A stretch of 64,000 nt of DNA from Candidatus Saccharimonadales bacterium (lineage in GTDB: Bacteria > Chloroflexota > Dormibacteria > Aeolococcales > Aeolococcaceae): positions 936 to 64,935 of the forward strand of contig DATLRB010000012.1 of the NCBI GenBank assembly GCA_035534875.1, given 5' to 3'. Under the pieces are notes generated by a model. It made no database searches and had not been told where the DNA came from. It saw only the letters and a list, made by a program, of their open reading frames with translations. The first letter of the stretch is position 1; each line of letters opens with the position of its first letter. Positions 1 through 8,692 of the stretch are shown here, in pieces. Both the position numbers and the translations under genes were made by a program.

Positions 1-1239
1 TCCACCGGACACCTGCGCGGTGTCGTGGATCTTCGTGCCCAGGGGTCCACCCTCAGAGGCCACCGTCGCGATCGTCGGATGCGACTTGCCGATGACCACA
101 CTCTCGTGGCCGCACGCGCTGTTTGCGGTCGTGTTGTTGGCATCGCCGTTGTAGTGGGCGACCCACTCGTAGGTGCCGGCTGCGGTCGTCGCAAACCCAG
201 GATCCGGGACCGACGCCTTGTCGTTCGCCTTCAGCTCGACGGTCCACTTCTGCAGCCAATGCAGACCCGCGTCAGCATTGTCGACGCAGTTGGGATCGTT
301 CGGTCCGAAGAGATAGAAGGTGACGGTGCCCGTGGGATCGTTGCCTTCGACCCCGGCGGTGTCCGTGATCGAGGTGCCGACCGGTGCGCCATCTCTGTTC
401 GACGGGACGGTGCTGATCGACGAGTCAGTCTTGGCGATCACAACGGACTCGCTGCCGCATGCGCTCGTCGCGCTCGTGTTGTTGGCGTCGCCGCTGTATG
501 AAGCGACCCACTGGTACGTGCCGATCATGGTCGTGGCGAATCCCGGAGTCGGCACATTCGCGTTGCCATCCTGGCCCAGCGTGGTGACCCACGACTGCAG
601 CGCGGTGAGACCGGAATCCGTGTTGTTCACGCAGGTCGGATCGTTCGGGCCGAAGAGCCAGAAGGTCACGGTCCCCGTCGGATCGACGCCAGTGACGTGG
701 GCCGAGTCGGTGATGGCGGTGCCCAGGGGTGCGCCGTCGGCGTTCGACTGCGTCGTCTTGATGGATGACTGGGACTGACCGACGGTGACCTGCTCGTCAC
801 CGCACGCGGTCGGTCCGTTCTCGATGCTGCCGTCGGCGTTGACGACGATCTCAGCGGTCCACTCATAGACTCCAACCTGGCTGGGGACGTAGGTCGCGGA
901 CGTGACTGTGCTGTCGGTGAGCGTCGACGTGGTCACCGGCTCGCTGTCGGTGAAGACGGGTGAAACACCCTCCGAACCGCAGGTGCCGGGCGCCCACAGG
1001 AAGAACACGACGTGACGCGTGTTGTCCGCGTACACGAGCGCGGTATCCGCGAGCGGCGTCGTGCCGACGACGCCGACCGTGGGAGCAGGCGTGGTGGACA
1101 CGATGTGATGCGCGAACGCGGTCACAAACGTGGCAGCGCCGCCAACAACGAGCGCGAACGCAACCGCACCGGCTCTGACGGCGCCACGGCGCGTCCGATG
1201 CGTGCGCGGATGCCTGGATCCGTTGACCGAGTTCGCCAC
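1..1239 (-). CDS. Secreted or cell-surface protein with tandem Ig-like repeats of about 115 aa. The C-terminal end of the gene lies outside the window.
   Basis: Not in the ORF track because it runs off the window. The minus-strand frame whose last visible codon is 1-3 stays open for 413 codons. GTG at 1237-1239 is preceded by AGGAGG (complement of 1247-1252, 7-nt spacer). The N-terminus VANSVNGSRHPRTHRTRRGAVRAGAVAFALVVGGAATFVTAFA is a basic stretch plus a hydrophobic signal/anchor. It is followed by units carrying GTxITDxAxVxGxDPTGTVTFxLFGPNDPxC ... GTYxWVAxYxGDANNTxAxSACG. Confidence 0.75.
   Translation of the reverse strand, partial: MANSVNGSRHPRTHRTRRGAVRAGAVAFALVVGGAATFVTAFAHHIVSTTPAPTVGVVGTTPLADTALVYADNTRHVVFFLWAPGTCGSEGVSPVFTDSEPVTTSTLTDSTVTSATYVPSQVGVYEWTAEIVVNADGSIENGPTACGDEQVTVGQSQSSIKTTQSNADGAPLGTAITDSAHVTGVDPTGTVTFWLFGPNDPTCVNNTDSGLTALQSWVTTLGQDGNANVPTPGFATTMIGTYQWVASYSGDANNTSATSACGSESVVIAKTDSSISTVPSNRDGAPVGTSITDTAGVEGNDPTGTVTFYLFGPNDPNCVDNADAGLHWLQKWTVELKANDKASVPDPGFATTAAGTYEWVAHYNGDANNTTANSACGHESVVIGKSHPTIATVASEGGPLGTKIHDTAQVSGG
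79..768 (-). repeat. Two tandem in-frame 345-bp coding repeats (79-423 and 424-768) inside the surface-protein gene. A third copy begins at the window edge.
   Basis: Protein residues 158-272 and 273-387 align position for position (SSIKTTQSNADGAPLGTAITD... versus SSISTVPSNRDGAPVGTSITD...). DNA 345 bp apart is visibly similar, for example gttgttggcgtcgccgctgta near 478 versus gttgttggcatcgccgttgta near 133. Confidence 0.7.
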
Positions 1240-1814
1240 CTGAAACCCTCCTTAGTCCCCGCCGGCTGAGCCGGCAACCCTCTCTTCGCACCTCGCGATT
1301 CGTCGCGAGGCGGGGAGAAGAGCGTCGATCAGAGCATTCCTCTCTAACGCTTCTCCCGTCACCACCCTAGCAAAGTGGCGCGACCGATGCAACTGAAGCG
1401 TTTAAAGATCGCGTTGTTCGCAACAACGGGCCGTCGTTTGTGACGGTGTGGCGGAATCCCCTCGTTCCAATGTGATGGCGGATGGCCCATCGAGCGTTCG
1501 TCTCTATGTGACGGAGCCCGTGCGCGCGTGGGTCATTGGCGGTCGCTGAACAGGGGTTGCGTTATGCGGACCGGGATCAGATCGTTCGCGTCGCGCGGTG
1601 ACGCAGAGCGCCCCCGGGCTCGCACTGAACCCGGGAGCGCTGCGATCCCCCATCCCTCAAGGCCGTCTCCCCGGCGATCGGTGCAAAACCACCGAACGTC
1701 GTAAGACTATCAAACCCGTCATGGAGACGCAAGCGTCCGGCCCGCCAGTTACCCGTGCGCGATATTCGGGAGGGCATGTGCGACGTTCGCGTTGCACACG
1801 ACACTGCAGCGCGC

Positions 1815-3332
1815 CTACGGAGCCGTCGGAAGGAGCTGTTCGTCCAGTCTCCCTCCGGCGGCGATGTAGGCAAGGATCGCCCGATCCGTCAACCACTCGA
1901 CAGGCGCTCTGTCGTCGGTGAGCGGGTCGCGTGACTGCGGCGCGACGTAGGCATGGGCGACCACGAGCGGTCCGAGGATCCGGACAGGCTCGGGGAGCGC
2001 GGCGAGATGCTCGGCAAGCGACGACGTTTGGATCGGGTCGGACAAACCGACCACGAGTTCGTTGAAGCGCAGAGCAGGCCATACCCAGACCTGGGGGAAC
2101 TCGGTTGCCACCGTCCCGGAGATCGCCTGGACCAGCTGATCGTTGCCCGGGACCCGCTCGACGTTGAGCGCGATCCCACCGCCGGGGTCGAGATGCGCGT
2201 GGAGCAGGGAGAAGAACTCCCGGGTGGCCAGGTAGAACGGTATGTACTCGGTCCTGTAGGCGTCGACGACGATGAGGTCGTAGCGCCGTGCGGTGCTTTC
2301 GAGAAACTCACGTCCATCCGCGGTGATCACGTGCAGGTTAGGGATGGCGTCGAGACCCATGTACTGGCGGGCAAGCTCGGTGACGACCGGATCGAGCTCC
2401 ACACCGTCGATGTCGATGCCCGGGTATTCGGCGGCAAGTGCTCGTGCCGTCGTCCCGCCGGCATTGCCGATCACGAGAACGCGGTGGAGGCTTCGGGCAA
2501 GCAGCGGGGGAACCACGAGGGGCATGTCCCACTCGCCGCCGGTCAACGCAGTCTCGGCTCGATAGACGGACTGATCGGCGACACCGTCATCGAAGCGCAT
2601 GACGATCCTGCCGCCCGATTCACGGACGACCTGGACGAATTGGTACGCCGTGTCGCGCTCGGCGAGCGTCCCCTGGGTCTCCTTCACCAAACCCGGCGGG
2701 ACGATGAGCAGTCCGGCGATCACCACAGTCGCGACCAGCGCAGGACGCATCAGGAGGGGGATGGACACCAGCGCCACCAGCAGCGCCGCGGTGAGGAGCG
2801 TTCGCTGTGTGCCGATGCCGGGGATGAGCACCAGCGCTGATCCGAATGTGCCGATGATGGCACCAACTGTTGCGAGGGACGAGAGACGTCCACTGGTGCG
2901 GCCGGCTCTGTCGATGTCGGTCAGCGCCAGACGGAGGGCGAACGGTGAGGCCATCCCGAGCAGGGTCACCGGAACCGAGAAGAGCAGGAGCGTTGCGAGA
3001 AATGACCCGACCACGGTGCCGACGCTCACCGCGGCGAAGCCCTGCAGGGCGAGGTTGAGAAATGGCCGCGCGATGAAGGGGAGCACCGCGGTGCACATCG
3101 CGGCGATGACGAGGATCAGGCCGAGCGTGCGCCGCGCCGGATGCCTGTCGGCGATGCGCCCGCCGAGCCAGTAGCCGACCGAAAGATAGATGAGGATGAG
3201 ACCGATGACGTTCGCCCACACCACGGTCGACTGGCCGAAGTACGGAGCGAGCAGCCGCGTCGCGCAGATCTCCGTCGCCAGCGAGGAGGCTCCGGCGGTG
3301 AAGACAACCGCGGGGAGCACGCGTGGGGCCAC
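1815..3332 (-). CDS. Fused polytopic-membrane / spermidine-synthase-like protein
   Basis: 505-aa ORF with a GTG start. The N-terminal ~200 aa contain several hydrophobic helices. The C-terminal part has a Rossmann aminopropyl/methyltransferase-like signature (VLVIGNAGGTTARAL, DGVELDP, DLIVVDAY, LDPGGGIALN). Confidence 0.75.
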   Translation of the reverse strand: MAPRVLPAVVFTAGASSLATEICATRLLAPYFGQSTVVWANVIGLILIYLSVGYWLGGRIADRHPARRTLGLILVIAAMCTAVLPFIARPFLNLALQGFAAVSVGTVVGSFLATLLLFSVPVTLLGMASPFALRLALTDIDRAGRTSGRLSSLATVGAIIGTFGSALVLIPGIGTQRTLLTAALLVALVSIPLLMRPALVATVVIAGLLIVPPGLVKETQGTLAERDTAYQFVQVVRESGGRIVMRFDDGVADQSVYRAETALTGGEWDMPLVVPPLLARSLHRVLVIGNAGGTTARALAAEYPGIDIDGVELDPVVTELARQYMGLDAIPNLHVITADGREFLESTARRYDLIVVDAYRTEYIPFYLATREFFSLLHAHLDPGGGIALNVERVPGNDQLVQAISGTVATEFPQVWVWPALRFNELVVGLSDPIQTSSLAEHLAALPEPVRILGPLVVAHAYVAPQSRDPLTDDRAPVEWLTDRAILAYIAAGGRLDEQLLPTAP

Positions 3333-3359
3333 CGGGGGATCGTAGACGCCGGATACAGC

Positions 3360-3387
3360 GACGGCTCGCCCCTAGGGGCGAGCCGTC
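3360..3387. terminator. Perfect 13-bp palindromic hairpin between two minus-strand genes; candidate intrinsic terminator or attenuator
   Basis: gacggctcgcccc (3360-3372) / ta / ggggcgagccgtc (3375-3387) are perfectly complementary arms. It lies 60 nt downstream of the stop of the 3448-3684 gene. No clear U-run follows on the minus strand. Confidence 0.45.
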
Positions 3388-3447
3388 TTGGGAGGGAGGC
3401 TTGGTGAGGCGGTCAGGTTCGGGGATTCACCCCTGGCGACCGCTGGG

Positions 3448-3684
3448 TCAGTTCGCGGTCGTTCCGCCCGTGTGCGGACACGGATGCGAGGTTGCCGGCG
3501 TGTTCGACGCCATGGTCGAGATCGAGGAAGCCGCATTGGCTGCGACGAAACCGCCGATGCCGCCGACGATCAGGAGCCCTGCGGTGACAAGGAGCGCGGC
3601 AGGGCCGCGGCCGAGACCGCCGAAGCTGCGTCGATGCGATTGGTCGTCGGACGGGAGAGTGTCGGTGACGTTGTCGTGATCCAT
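3448..3684 (-). CDS. Small (78 aa) single-pass membrane protein with a C-terminal HPCPH motif
   Basis: ATG at 3682-3684 is preceded by AGGAGG (ccctaggaggtttgcgATG). Third positions are G/C-rich. There is one TM helix (AALLVTAGLLIVGGIGGFVAA) and a Ser/Thr-rich tail ...TSHPCPHTGGTTAN. Confidence 0.6.
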   Translation of the reverse strand: MDHDNVTDTLPSDDQSHRRSFGGLGRGPAALLVTAGLLIVGGIGGFVAANAASSISTMASNTPATSHPCPHTGGTTAN

Positions 3685-3862
3685 CGCAAACCTCCTAGGG
3701 CTCGTCCACACGGAGGTTAGAAGCGTCAACCTTTCGACTCGGTGACATGCCCCTATGTGCTGGAATCATGGATCCATCAGTCGCGGGCGTTGTGCATCGT
3801 TGGTGTCCAATCGGTCAACGCTGCATTCGCACGGAAGCGACCCGATGGCGAGCGCGCGTCCC

Positions 3863-5020
3863 CTATGCCAGCTCGTAGATGTGGCTGACGTCCGAGTAAT
3901 AGAGCGCGTGGTTCGGGCCCTCGACGACGTCGAACCGGCAGCCGGACGGCCCGAGGCGAACGCTCGCGTGGGGACTGCCAGGGGTGGCGATGGCCATCCC
4001 CTTGTCGTACGTGCAGAACACGAGGTGGCCCGCATACCCGGTCGGCCCGCTCGCGTCGACGAACGTCGCGCCGGTCGGGACGTACGTACTCGTCTCGCTG
4101 CTCCAGTTGGGGGCTATGCCTCCCCCGCACGTCGACGTCGCCAGCGGATGGCTGTAGCCATAACAGTCCGGCCATGGGTAGTGTGCGCCGCGGCTCACGT
4201 TCAGATAGAGGGTGTCGTATCCCGTCGCGGGACTTCCCGCGTCACCCGAGGGACCGTTCATGGTGATCGCGAGCTCGCCCGTGGGTGAGAACGCGATGCC
4301 GAACGGATTGCGAAGCCCATACGCCCATACGGGGTTTGTCCGTCCGAATGGATTGTCCGGCGGGATGGTGCCGTCGGGGTTGTACCGGAGCACCTTGCCG
4401 CGAACGTCGCCGACGTTCTGCGCGCTCGACGCATCGTGCTCGTCGCCCAGGGTGACGTAGAGCTTGCCGTCCGGCCCGAAGGCGATGCGGCCGCCCTTGT
4501 GGCAGCAGTCGCTTCCCGCCGGGAAGGTGGCGATGATCGTCGGATGCAGTCCGGTACCGTTGCAGTCGTACCAGCGGATGACGTGCTGCGTCCTGTAGCT
4601 CGCGTCGGAGTAGAAGGCGTAGACGAACCGGTCGGTGGCGAAGGACGGACTGATCGCGAGGCCGAGCAGCCCGCGCTCGCTGTAGCTGCCGTTCGGCTGG
4701 GTGGTCACCGTCTTGACCTTCGCGAAGACTCGCGACACACCCTCCTGCCACACCCTGATCGTGCCTGAGCGCTCGGCCCAGAACAGCCTCCCGTCAGGTG
4801 CGAACGCCAACGCTGTCGCGAAGTTGGCCGCAATCGTGCCCCTCGGCGCGGGCTCGTTCAACCGCGCGACGCACGCGTCGGCGGTCGGCGACGGCGTGCC
4901 GGTGACCGGCGCGGTGGTCGGGGTGACCTCCGGCGAGGCGCTCGCGGTCGGCCGTGGCGTCGATCCGCACGCGGCGAGGACCGCCACACCGGCGAGTGCC
5001 GCCACGCGACGGATCCTCAA
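3863..5020 (-). CDS. PQQ-dependent sugar (glucose/sorbosone-type) dehydrogenase, beta-propeller lipoprotein
   Basis: Motifs ERGLLGLAISPSF, HKGGRIAFGPDGKLYVTLGD, GKVLRYNPDGTIPPDNPF and AYGLRNPFGIAF. Lipobox LAAC follows RIRRVAALAGVAV. Start placed at TTG 5018-5020, just after the HxlR stop. The longest ORF (to 5113) would overlap the upstream gene. Confidence 0.8.
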   Translation of the reverse strand: MRIRRVAALAGVAVLAACGSTPRPTASASPEVTPTTAPVTGTPSPTADACVARLNEPAPRGTIAANFATALAFAPDGRLFWAERSGTIRVWQEGVSRVFAKVKTVTTQPNGSYSERGLLGLAISPSFATDRFVYAFYSDASYRTQHVIRWYDCNGTGLHPTIIATFPAGSDCCHKGGRIAFGPDGKLYVTLGDEHDASSAQNVGDVRGKVLRYNPDGTIPPDNPFGRTNPVWAYGLRNPFGIAFSPTGELAITMNGPSGDAGSPATGYDTLYLNVSRGAHYPWPDCYGYSHPLATSTCGGGIAPNWSSETSTYVPTGATFVDASGPTGYAGHLVFCTYDKGMAIATPGSPHASVRLGPSGCRFDVVEGPNHALYYSDVSHIYELA

Positions 5021-5027
5021 GGTCCGG

Positions 5028-5387
5028 TCAGCCGGCAGCGGCGCGCGGCTCCGCGTCAACCCCGGGGACGGCGACGACATCGAGATGCTCGCGCGCCCAG
5101 GCACCGATGGCATCGATCACGCGCTGCAGGTCGACGCCCGCCGGCGCGAGTTCGTACGACGTCCGGGGCGGCATTTGCGAGTGCACCGTTCGGCGCAGGA
5201 GGCCAAGGCCCTCGAGGTGATCGAGGCGGACCTTGAGCGTGGCGGGGTTGCAACCCCCGACCGCGCGCCCGAGGTCATTGAAGCCAAGAGGACCGTCCAG
5301 GAGAGCACGGACGATGTGCATCGTCCATTTCTCCTGGAGCACCTGTATCGCTTCGTGGACCGGGCAGTACTCGCGTTCAGCATCCAT
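5028..5387 (-). CDS. HxlR-family winged-helix transcriptional regulator
   Basis: MDAEREYCPVHEAIQVLQEKWTMHIVRALLDGPLGFNDLGR... is a typical HxlR core. ATG at 5385-5387 was chosen; the longer ORF (to 5534) adds a non-protein-like extension. Confidence 0.8.
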   Translation of the reverse strand: MDAEREYCPVHEAIQVLQEKWTMHIVRALLDGPLGFNDLGRAVGGCNPATLKVRLDHLEGLGLLRRTVHSQMPPRTSYELAPAGVDLQRVIDAIGAWAREHLDVVAVPGVDAEPRAAAG

Positions 5388-5550
5388 GTGAGTGGACCTT
5401 GTCTCGGTCGAGATATTAGACCGAGGCCGGGTGGGGTCTTTGCGGTCAGTCACTTGACAAACTATAGCACTTGATTTCATGATGTTGACATCGGATGAGA
5501 TCAGGTCCGAGGCCGCCCGGGGCACTCCTGGCATTCAAGGAGTACACGCT

Positions 5551-6123
5551 ATGACGTGGAGTCTTGACCCGCATCACACAGCTGTCACCTTCAGCGCGAA
5601 GCACCTCGGCGTCGCCACCGTTCGCGGCAGCTTCAGCCAGGTGTCGGCAGCCCTTGAGCTGAACGACCCGAACGACCCGACGACCGGCAGCGGCACGGTG
5701 ACCATCGCGGCCGCGACCATCAGCACCGGCTCGGAGCAGCGCGATGGACACCTCAAGAGCGCCGACTTCCTCGACGTCGAGAAGTACCCCGAGATCGTGT
5801 TCACGTTGAAGTCGATCGCACCCGATGGCGACCATTTCAAGGTGACCGGCGACCTGACGATCAGAGACGTCACCAAAGAGATCAGCCTCGACTACGAGCA
5901 CAGCGGCTCGGTGGTCGATCCGTTCGGCAACACCAAGGTCGGCGGGACCCTGACGGGCTCCATCAACCGGTCTGACTGGGGCCTGACATGGAACGTCCCG
6001 CTCGGTGGTGGTGGGTTCCTCGTCAGCGAGAAAGTGAAGCTCGAGATCGACGGCGAGCTCGGCCTGGACAAGCCCGCCGAAACTGAGCCGGTTACGGAGG
6101 CTGCAGCAAGCGCAACCGCGTAG
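5551..6123 (+). CDS. YceI-family (polyisoprenoid/quinone-binding) protein
   Basis: ATG 5551 is preceded by AAGGAG. MTWSLDPHHTAVTFSAKHLGVATVRGSF ... SEQRDGHLKSADFLDVEKYPEI ... INRSDWGL shows the YceI pattern. It is divergent from the HxlR gene. Confidence 0.8.
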   Translation: MTWSLDPHHTAVTFSAKHLGVATVRGSFSQVSAALELNDPNDPTTGSGTVTIAAATISTGSEQRDGHLKSADFLDVEKYPEIVFTLKSIAPDGDHFKVTGDLTIRDVTKEISLDYEHSGSVVDPFGNTKVGGTLTGSINRSDWGLTWNVPLGGGGFLVSEKVKLEIDGELGLDKPAETEPVTEAAASATA

Positions 6124-6140
6124 CATTTGGCACGGGGTGC

Positions 6141-6815
6141 ATGACCATGGCCGAAAGCATTCGCTTCTATTTCGATCCACTCTGTCCGTGGTGCTATCAG
6201 ACATCGCGCTGGGCGCGGCGCCTAGGTGAGCTCGGCGTTGTGGATGTGGAGTGGCGCGTGTTCTCGCTCGCCATCATCAACGATGGCGTCAAGGGGCGTG
6301 CGGCGGCGGACACTGGGTCCGCGCCGTCGCTCCGGACCGCAATCGCCGTTCGCAACGCGCACGGCAACGCCGCCGTGGGCGCGTTCTACAAGGCGCTGAG
6401 TGACGCGCATCATCAGCGCGGCCTACGGGTCGACGACCCTGGCGTGATCGAAGCAGCACTTCGCGACGCGGGCATCGAGCCTGAGGTGTTGGGGCGAGCG
6501 CTCGACGACCCATCGACATGGGAAGCGGTACAGGCCGAGCATGATCAGGCGGTGTCGGTCGACAAGGCGTTCGGCGTGCCGACGATCGTCCTTGACGGCG
6601 GCGCCGGCCCCCAGTTCTTCGGGCCCATCATCAACGATGTTCCGGACGACGTGGGTGCCGTCAGTCTGTGGCAGCATTTCGCATGGATGGCACGCAATCC
6701 GAATGTTGCCGAGATCAAGCGAGAGCGCGCGTCGCTCGATCTCGAGAGCATCCGCGTGTGGCGTCGGGAGCGTGAACAGCGCGAACGGGAAAAGCAGGCG
6801 CAGCCGGCAGCGTGA
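6141..6815 (+). CDS. DsbA-like thioredoxin-fold oxidoreductase
   Basis: The active-site motif FDPLCPWCY lies near the N-terminus. GVPTIVLDG is typical of the DsbA/HCCA-isomerase-like fold. Confidence 0.75.
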   Translation: MTMAESIRFYFDPLCPWCYQTSRWARRLGELGVVDVEWRVFSLAIINDGVKGRAAADTGSAPSLRTAIAVRNAHGNAAVGAFYKALSDAHHQRGLRVDDPGVIEAALRDAGIEPEVLGRALDDPSTWEAVQAEHDQAVSVDKAFGVPTIVLDGGAGPQFFGPIINDVPDDVGAVSLWQHFAWMARNPNVAEIKRERASLDLESIRVWRREREQREREKQAQPAA

Positions 6816-8575
6816 CGACCACGGGAGTCACCGCCCCCGCCCCCAAGGCCTCGCGCAAACACGGTGAGGTCGGTCCCCACTACAAGTGGGTCGCGCTCTC
6901 CAATACGACGATCGGCATGCTCATGGCGACGGTCAACTCGTCGATCGTGCTCATCTCACTGCCGGCGATCTTCCGCGGCATCAAGCTGAACCCGCTCGTC
7001 CCGAGCAATGTCAGCTACCTGCTCTGGATGATCATGGGCTACATGGTCGTCACGGCGGTGATGGTGGTCAGCCTCGGCCGCATCGGCGACATGTTTGGAC
7101 GCGTCCGGATGTACAACCTGGGGTTTCTCGTCTTCACCGTCGGATCCATCCTGCTTTCGCTGGTATTCACCACCGGCCCGACTGCGGCGCTGGAGTTGAT
7201 CTTCTTTCGCCTGATTCAGGGTGTGGGCGGGGCGATGATCTTCGCCTGCTCCACCGCCATCCTCACCGATGCGTTTCCGCAGCGCGAGCGCGGCATGGCG
7301 CTCGGCATCAATGCGGTCGCGGCGGTGTCGGGGTCCTTCATCGGGCTGATCGTGGGCGGATTGCTCAGTACGACCGACTGGCACCTCGTGTTCCTCGTGT
7401 CGGTTCCGGTCGGCCTTTTCGGCACCGGCTGGGCATACCTCAAGCTGCGCGAGACCGGCGTCGTGAAGCGGTCGCGGGTGGACTGGTGGGGCAATGTGCT
7501 CTTCGGGGTCGGGCTGATCTCGGTGCTGGTGGGGATCACGTACGGGATCCAACCCTACGGAACGCACTCGATGGGATGGACCAATCCCTCGGTGCTCACG
7601 GCGATCATCGGCGGGGTCGCCCTGCTGGTCGTGTTCGTGCTCGTCGAAACCCGCGTCGAGGAACCGATGTTCCGCGTGAGCCTCTTCGGTCTTCGCGGCT
7701 TCACGTTCGGAACCCTCGCCGCGCTCCTCAGCTCCATCGGCCGCGGCGGCCTGATGTTCATGGTGATCATCTGGCTGCAGGGAATCTGGCTGCCGCTGCA
7801 CGGGTACAGCTACGAATCGACGCCGTTCTGGGCGGCGATCTTCATGCTGCCATTGACGGCGGGCTTCCTCGTCGGGGGGCCCACGTCGGGATTCCTTTCT
7901 GACCGGCTCGGCTCCCGCGGTTTCGCGACTGCGGGCATGATCTGTTCGGCGGTCGGCTTTGGACTGCTCATGTTCCTGCCCGCCGACTTCTCGTACCTCC
8001 CGTTCGCCGCGCTGCTGTTCCTCGTGGGCGTGTCGATGGGAATGTTCGTTGCACCGAACACGGCAGGCGTGATGAACGCGGTGCCGGCCGACCGTCGTGG
8101 TGTCGCTTCGGGCATGCTCGCGACGTTTCAAAACAGCGGCATGACGCTGTCGATCGGCATCTTCTTCTCCCTGATGATCGCCGGGCTCAGTTCGACGCTG
8201 CCGTCGACAATGTTCGCGGGGCTCACCGCGCACGGCGTCTCCACCTCCGTGGCGCATCAGGTGGCGAACCTGCCGCCTGTGGGGTCGCTGTTCGCGGCAT
8301 TTCTCGGGTACGACCCGATGACCACGCTGCTCGGCCCTTCGATGCATGCCCTGACCGCGAGCCAGGCCGCTTACCTCTCCGGTCAGACGTTCTTCCCGAA
8401 TCTGATCAGCAACCCGTTCATCGTCGGCATGCACATCACATTCGCGTTCTCGGTGATCATGATGCTGGTCGGCGCCACGGCATCCTGGCTGCGCGGCGCC
8501 AGTCCTGTGCGGCCGGCCGCTGCTCGCGCGACGAATCGGAGCGAAGCGCTGAGCCCGCCGGTCAGCCGGGCCTGA
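6812..8575 (+). CDS. MFS transporter, DHA2 (EmrB/QacA-like, ~14 TMS)
   Basis: 587 aa, highly hydrophobic. Contains LSNTTIGMLMATVNSSIVLISLPAI and GRIGDMFGRVRMY (MFS motif A-like). The GTG start overlaps the DsbA-like stop (GTGA). Confidence 0.85.
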   Translation: MTTTGVTAPAPKASRKHGEVGPHYKWVALSNTTIGMLMATVNSSIVLISLPAIFRGIKLNPLVPSNVSYLLWMIMGYMVVTAVMVVSLGRIGDMFGRVRMYNLGFLVFTVGSILLSLVFTTGPTAALELIFFRLIQGVGGAMIFACSTAILTDAFPQRERGMALGINAVAAVSGSFIGLIVGGLLSTTDWHLVFLVSVPVGLFGTGWAYLKLRETGVVKRSRVDWWGNVLFGVGLISVLVGITYGIQPYGTHSMGWTNPSVLTAIIGGVALLVVFVLVETRVEEPMFRVSLFGLRGFTFGTLAALLSSIGRGGLMFMVIIWLQGIWLPLHGYSYESTPFWAAIFMLPLTAGFLVGGPTSGFLSDRLGSRGFATAGMICSAVGFGLLMFLPADFSYLPFAALLFLVGVSMGMFVAPNTAGVMNAVPADRRGVASGMLATFQNSGMTLSIGIFFSLMIAGLSSTLPSTMFAGLTAHGVSTSVAHQVANLPPVGSLFAAFLGYDPMTTLLGPSMHALTASQAAYLSGQTFFPNLISNPFIVGMHITFAFSVIMMLVGATASWLRGASPVRPAAARATNRSEALSPPVSRA

Positions 8576-8692
8576 CCCCGAGGCGGCGGCTGGGCCTGTT
8601 CGTGAGAGCGGGCGAAACGGCTGCCACATGGCAGGGGTCTGCTCCGGCGGGGTTCGGCTGTTGATCTAAACACCTGTGTGTATACTACAGGA

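Noticed and set aside
5388-5534. N-terminal extension of the HxlR ORF, and an inverted repeat in gtcacttgac within the divergent region
   Set aside because: The extension is not protein-like. The apparent palindrome fails on exact complement checking (gtcac/ttgac is not self-complementary).
6956-8629. 557-aa minus-strand ORF
   Set aside because: It is antisense to the DHA2 MFS transporter. It is extremely charged (R/E/D/H) and has no domain features.
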